Assembly: GCA_002269645.1 (NCBI GenBank) | Contig: NIVC01000580.1 | Span: forward strand, 1 to 38,028 | Direction of reading: 5' to 3' | Origin: Macrostomum lignano | Lineage: Eukaryota | DNA length: 38,028 nucleotides | Part shown: one piece after another, positions 34,801-38,028 of the stretch | How positions within the stretch are numbered: the first letter of the stretch is position 1 | Layout: each line of letters begins with the position of its first letter | Program-made: the position numbers and the translations under genes | The notes under the pieces: generated by a model | What the model was told of the DNA's origin: nothing | The model's database searches: none | The model's input: only the letters and a program-made list of their open reading frames with translations

Positions 34801-37693
34801 GCAGATCCTGGCTCTTCGACGAGTCATCGAGGAGGCGCGCATCCGCCAGTTGACCCTGATCCTGATCTTCGTCGATTTCAGGAAGGCTTTCGACTCGGTC
34901 GTGAGGGACGCGCTCCCAGAGGTGCTCCGTGCGTACAACGTGCCAGAGCTGCTGATTTCTGCTGTCATGGCGCTGTACCACGGCACGACGGCTGCTGTCT
35001 CAACACCAGACGGCCTATCGGATTTCTTCGAGACATCCTCCGGGGTGCTCCAGGGAGATACGCTAGCGCCGTTTATTCTGGTGCTTGACTGGGTGCTACG
35101 GACTGCTCTGCCTTCCAACGACGACGGCTTCCTGCTGCGGCGACGCGTGGGTCGACGCCAACCGGAGAGACGGCTCAGCGTGCTTGGCTACGCCGATGAC
35201 CTCGCCCTGCTGTCCTCGACCGTCGAGGGCGCCCAACGACAGCTGGATAGGCTGGTTGCCGTTGCGGCGAGCGTCGGCCTGGTGGTCAACACGCAGAAGA
35301 CCGTCGTGCTATGCGTGCCGGACGACACCGAGGCTGCAATCTTCTGCCGAGGCGCTGACGGACAGGCGAGTGAGCTTCCAAGATGTCAGCAGTTCGTCTA
35401 CCTCGGCGGTCTGGTTCCCGACGTCCGCGAGGATCTGCGGCGTCGCCGAGGACTTGCTTGGGCTGCCTTTCGTTCTATAAGGTCAGTCCTGCAGTCCGAG
35501 GCCCTACCGGACCGCCAGAGGGCGGCGCTGTTCCAGGCGGTGATCGAGACCGTCCTGTTATACAACGCCGAGACTGGACGCTGACAGACTCGCTCGAGGC
35601 TCAAGTCGACGCGGCGCACGCTGGCCTGCTGCGCCGCCTTCAAGATCGGCAACGAGCGAGTCACCAACACGGCGCTCTATCATCGCGCCGGCCTGGCCCG
35701 TCCTAGCGATCTGCTGCGCCGTCGGCGACTCCAGCTGGCAGGCCACGTCATCCGCGCCGAGGCCTACTGCCCGGAGCCGGTGCAGGAGGTGCTGCTACTT
35801 ACGTTGCAGGCACCCTACCGGCGGGGACAGGCGAGGACTCGGCGCTACGTCGACTGTCTGCTGGCTGACGCCGGCGCCCCGGACTCTGCCGGCGGTGCGG
35901 CTTTTGTTCGCGCCCAAGCTTTGAAGCGCGCCATCTGACGCTGCTTTTGTGATCTGGCAGCGTACTCTGTTGTTGTTGTTGTTATGGTGACAGATGCTGG
36001 TGACAGATGATGGTGACAGATGCTGGTGACAGATGATGGTGACAGATGATGGTGATAGATGCTGGTGACAGATGATGGTGATAGATGCTGGTGACAGATG
36101 ATAGTGTCAGATGCTGGTGACAGCTTCAGGAAGCAGACATTGGTGCAATCAATTCGTCACAGTAGTTGACATTTAAGAGAACAGTACTAGATAATTAGTG
36201 ACACACAGGGACCAGTAGTTGGTAAACAGTAATAATATGGCATTTAAATAAGTAGCAATCGATCAGCAAGGCAGATAAACAAACCTCAAAATCCTGCGGC
36301 ATTGCGGCGGCCTCTAAAGGCGCGGCCGGTTTCAGAAAGAGCTCCAAAGATCTGCCTGGCAACACCTGCAGCTTGCAGGAGCCGGGCCCGTTAAGACTGG
36401 CTCGAATGCTGGTCAGTACAGGAAGCAGTTTGGTCTGGGCGTCCGGGTCGGATAGGAATGCGGTCTCAACCTCCAGGCTGTGAAAGTAGCGGCCAAGCTT
36501 TCTCACAATCAGCTCGTATTTGACTGGCACCTACGGGTGAACAAAAAGGGTTTAACATACTGCTAATAGTAGCAACTTCAGCTAGACCAGGGGTCGATAA
36601 ACGGGCCAGATAAGGAATCCATCACAAGGATGCGGCCCAGATCAGAGAAGAAATGAGAAGGAAGACAAGAAAGGAAAGTAGATAAGAGTGAAGTCGTGAG
36701 TGGAGAGTTGACAGTAGAATCGGCATAAACCCTAACGGATTGCTATTACCACGAAGTTTCAATGGACCAGAGGGTCGGATAGATAGCGGAGTTGCCGATC
36801 CCCGAGCCCTCTCTTGTATTAGAAACCATTTGTGCACGCACAAGAGATTCAATTTTAATTATTTTTGTTACTTTTGTTAGTAGGAGGTCTCTTAATTTAA
36901 CTTTTTTTGTATTTGTAGGGGTAACCGTTGGCTCGTTGAAAAATCATCCTGCCTGCTTGCGTCTGACTTTGGTCTCTCTCCTTACTGCTCTCTCATTGGC
37001 TGAGCTAGATTAAGCCTGCCCCCCACGCTGAGTTACGTCTGTCTGACTTTGATCTCTCTTTTTACTGCTCTCTCATTGGCTGAGCTAGATTGGGCCTGCC
37101 CCTTAGGATGAGTTTCGTTTGTGTTGCGTTCACTTGTGTACATGGAGTTAAATGTCTGTTGTTCATTTATTAATCACATATGCTTCCAAAGAAGGAAAGG
37201 AAATTTTAGTTGCCAAATTTAATTTTGAAATGACACTGCGCATAAACTACTGAAAAAGTAGATGCTCCGATTTTTTCACAAATTTAATTATCTGGTTATT
37301 CTAGTATCAGTGGTCCAAACAGAACTTTTCAAACCAAAAGACAAAAGGCATAGCAATAGTGCAGATTCCAACCTGACAGTCCATACTGATAACCAGGCCG
37401 ATGTTAAAGTGCATAGCGTTCCGTTTATACCGCTTATCCTCGATGCACTGAGCACAGCCCATAATCCGGGATCCAAACGCGTCCAACCAGATGAATCGAT
37501 TGTCAAAATCCGTCTTAGTAATCAGATAGCGGCTGACCTTGTCAAAGCTTTCCTTCACTATGAAATCCGCCGGCTCTTGCACCTCGATTTTTGGCCCAGC
37601 CTCGTGATGGAATATGCAATAAAATATGCATTGAACATCCGATCTCTGACCAGCAACTGGCTGTCCACTGTGCTGCACGGCTGGCACTCTCAT
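31834..37693 (-). CDS. NPRL2: GATOR1 complex subunit NPRL2 (nitrogen permease regulator 2-like), 4 exons, about 406 aa
   Basis: Exons 37373-37693 (ATG; CIFYCIFHHEAGPKI, RNAMHFNIGLV), 36285-36530 (ELIVRKLGRYFHSLEVE), 32573-32863 (VPV...ILPYIDGVSHVAKIACMADVD), 31834-32196 (CMSPGSTLKDL, LVQFGLLHCLIRR, SMDEICASTG). All junctions are phase 0 GT-AG. Confidence 0.95.
32262..32535. repeat. About 21-bp minisatellite GATTCTATAGAGATGGGATCA
   Basis: Fills NPRL2 intron 32197-32572. Confidence 0.92.
32878..34610. repeat. 13-bp satellite (GTGACAGATGMTG)n, left part
   Basis: In NPRL2 intron 32864-36284; interrupted by the retroelement. Confidence 0.98.
34685..35983 (+). mobile_element. 5'-truncated non-LTR retrotransposon (RTE/RTEX-like), reverse transcriptase plus C-terminus, decayed
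   Basis: ESCAAKLFNRMLL...EQNGFR...FVDFRKAFDSV...GVLQGDTLAPF...LGYADDLAL...FVYLG. Two frameshifts at about 35572 and 35635, then RRRLQLAGHVIR...RRGQARTRRYVD to TGA at 35936-35938, a short 3' UTR and a (GTT)5 tail at 35969-35983. No endonuclease domain is present. It lies antisense within an NPRL2 intron. Confidence 0.92.
35984..36123. repeat. 13-bp satellite, right part
   Basis: The same unit resumes directly after the (GTT)5 tail. Confidence 0.97.
36955..37102. repeat. Two-copy direct repeat, 80-bp period
   Basis: TCTGACTTTG...TTACTGCTCTCTCATTGGCTGAGCTAGATT...GCCTGCCCC occurs at 36962 and 37042, in NPRL2 intron 36531-37372. Confidence 0.9.
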
Positions 37694-38028
37694 TATTGAC
37701 AGTTCAGATTGTGCTACTTTTTATTTGTTAGATTGAACCGAGGCTAGTGCATATTAGTAGTATATGTAGCTCATTATCGGCTTATTGATTGAAATCTGTC
37801 GCCTGAAATTCTGTAGATTAACAAAAAAACTACATTTGTCATTTCGAACTTTTGTTTGAGGCAGGGAAGGGAGCTAATTGTTTAAGGCTGACAGCTTAGT
37901 CAGTTGAAGCGAGAAAAGCTAACTAAGGTTGCGAAAATGAAAAATCGACATTCGATCAACGCCTCGGCGTAAAACTCAGCTAAATATTCAACAAGATGAA
38001 AGAGGAAAATTCAGTCCAAATCTGGAAT

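Noticed and set aside
33059-35118. Minus-strand SVTSICHQHL-repeat ORFs
   Set aside because: Translations of the 13-bp satellite and of the antisense RT strand.
36588-36806. Possible hAT-type MITE (CAGGGGTCGATAAAC ... AGTTGCCGATCCCCG)
   Set aside because: The TIR match is degenerate and there is no 8-bp TSD; not supportable without a database search.

Overview
Eukaryotic (metazoan) genomic DNA with GC-rich exons, AT-rich introns and many minisatellites. The style resembles the flatworm Macrostomum lignano, but this is an inference from composition only. Manual splicing recovers four co-oriented minus-strand genes in the order NPRL2 (37693-31834, 4 exons), CISD3-like (30400-29963), COQ7 (28779-27374, 2 exons) and THADA/Trm732 (about 26078 to at least 2499, about 23 exons, 3' end unresolved). 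Most large introns and each intergenic gap contain a different tandem array; the largest is a 6.6-kb 20-bp satellite with higher-order structure. A 5'-truncated RTE-like non-LTR retrotransposon sits inside a 13-bp array in an NPRL2 intron, and there are tRNA-derived SINE-like elements. The main lead is that COQ7 and CISD3 lack a usable ATG and their reading frames open in phase 0 directly after an AG acceptor. This fits a trans-spliced operon in which the flatworm spliced leader supplies the AUG. Most long ORFs in the track are repeat artefacts.
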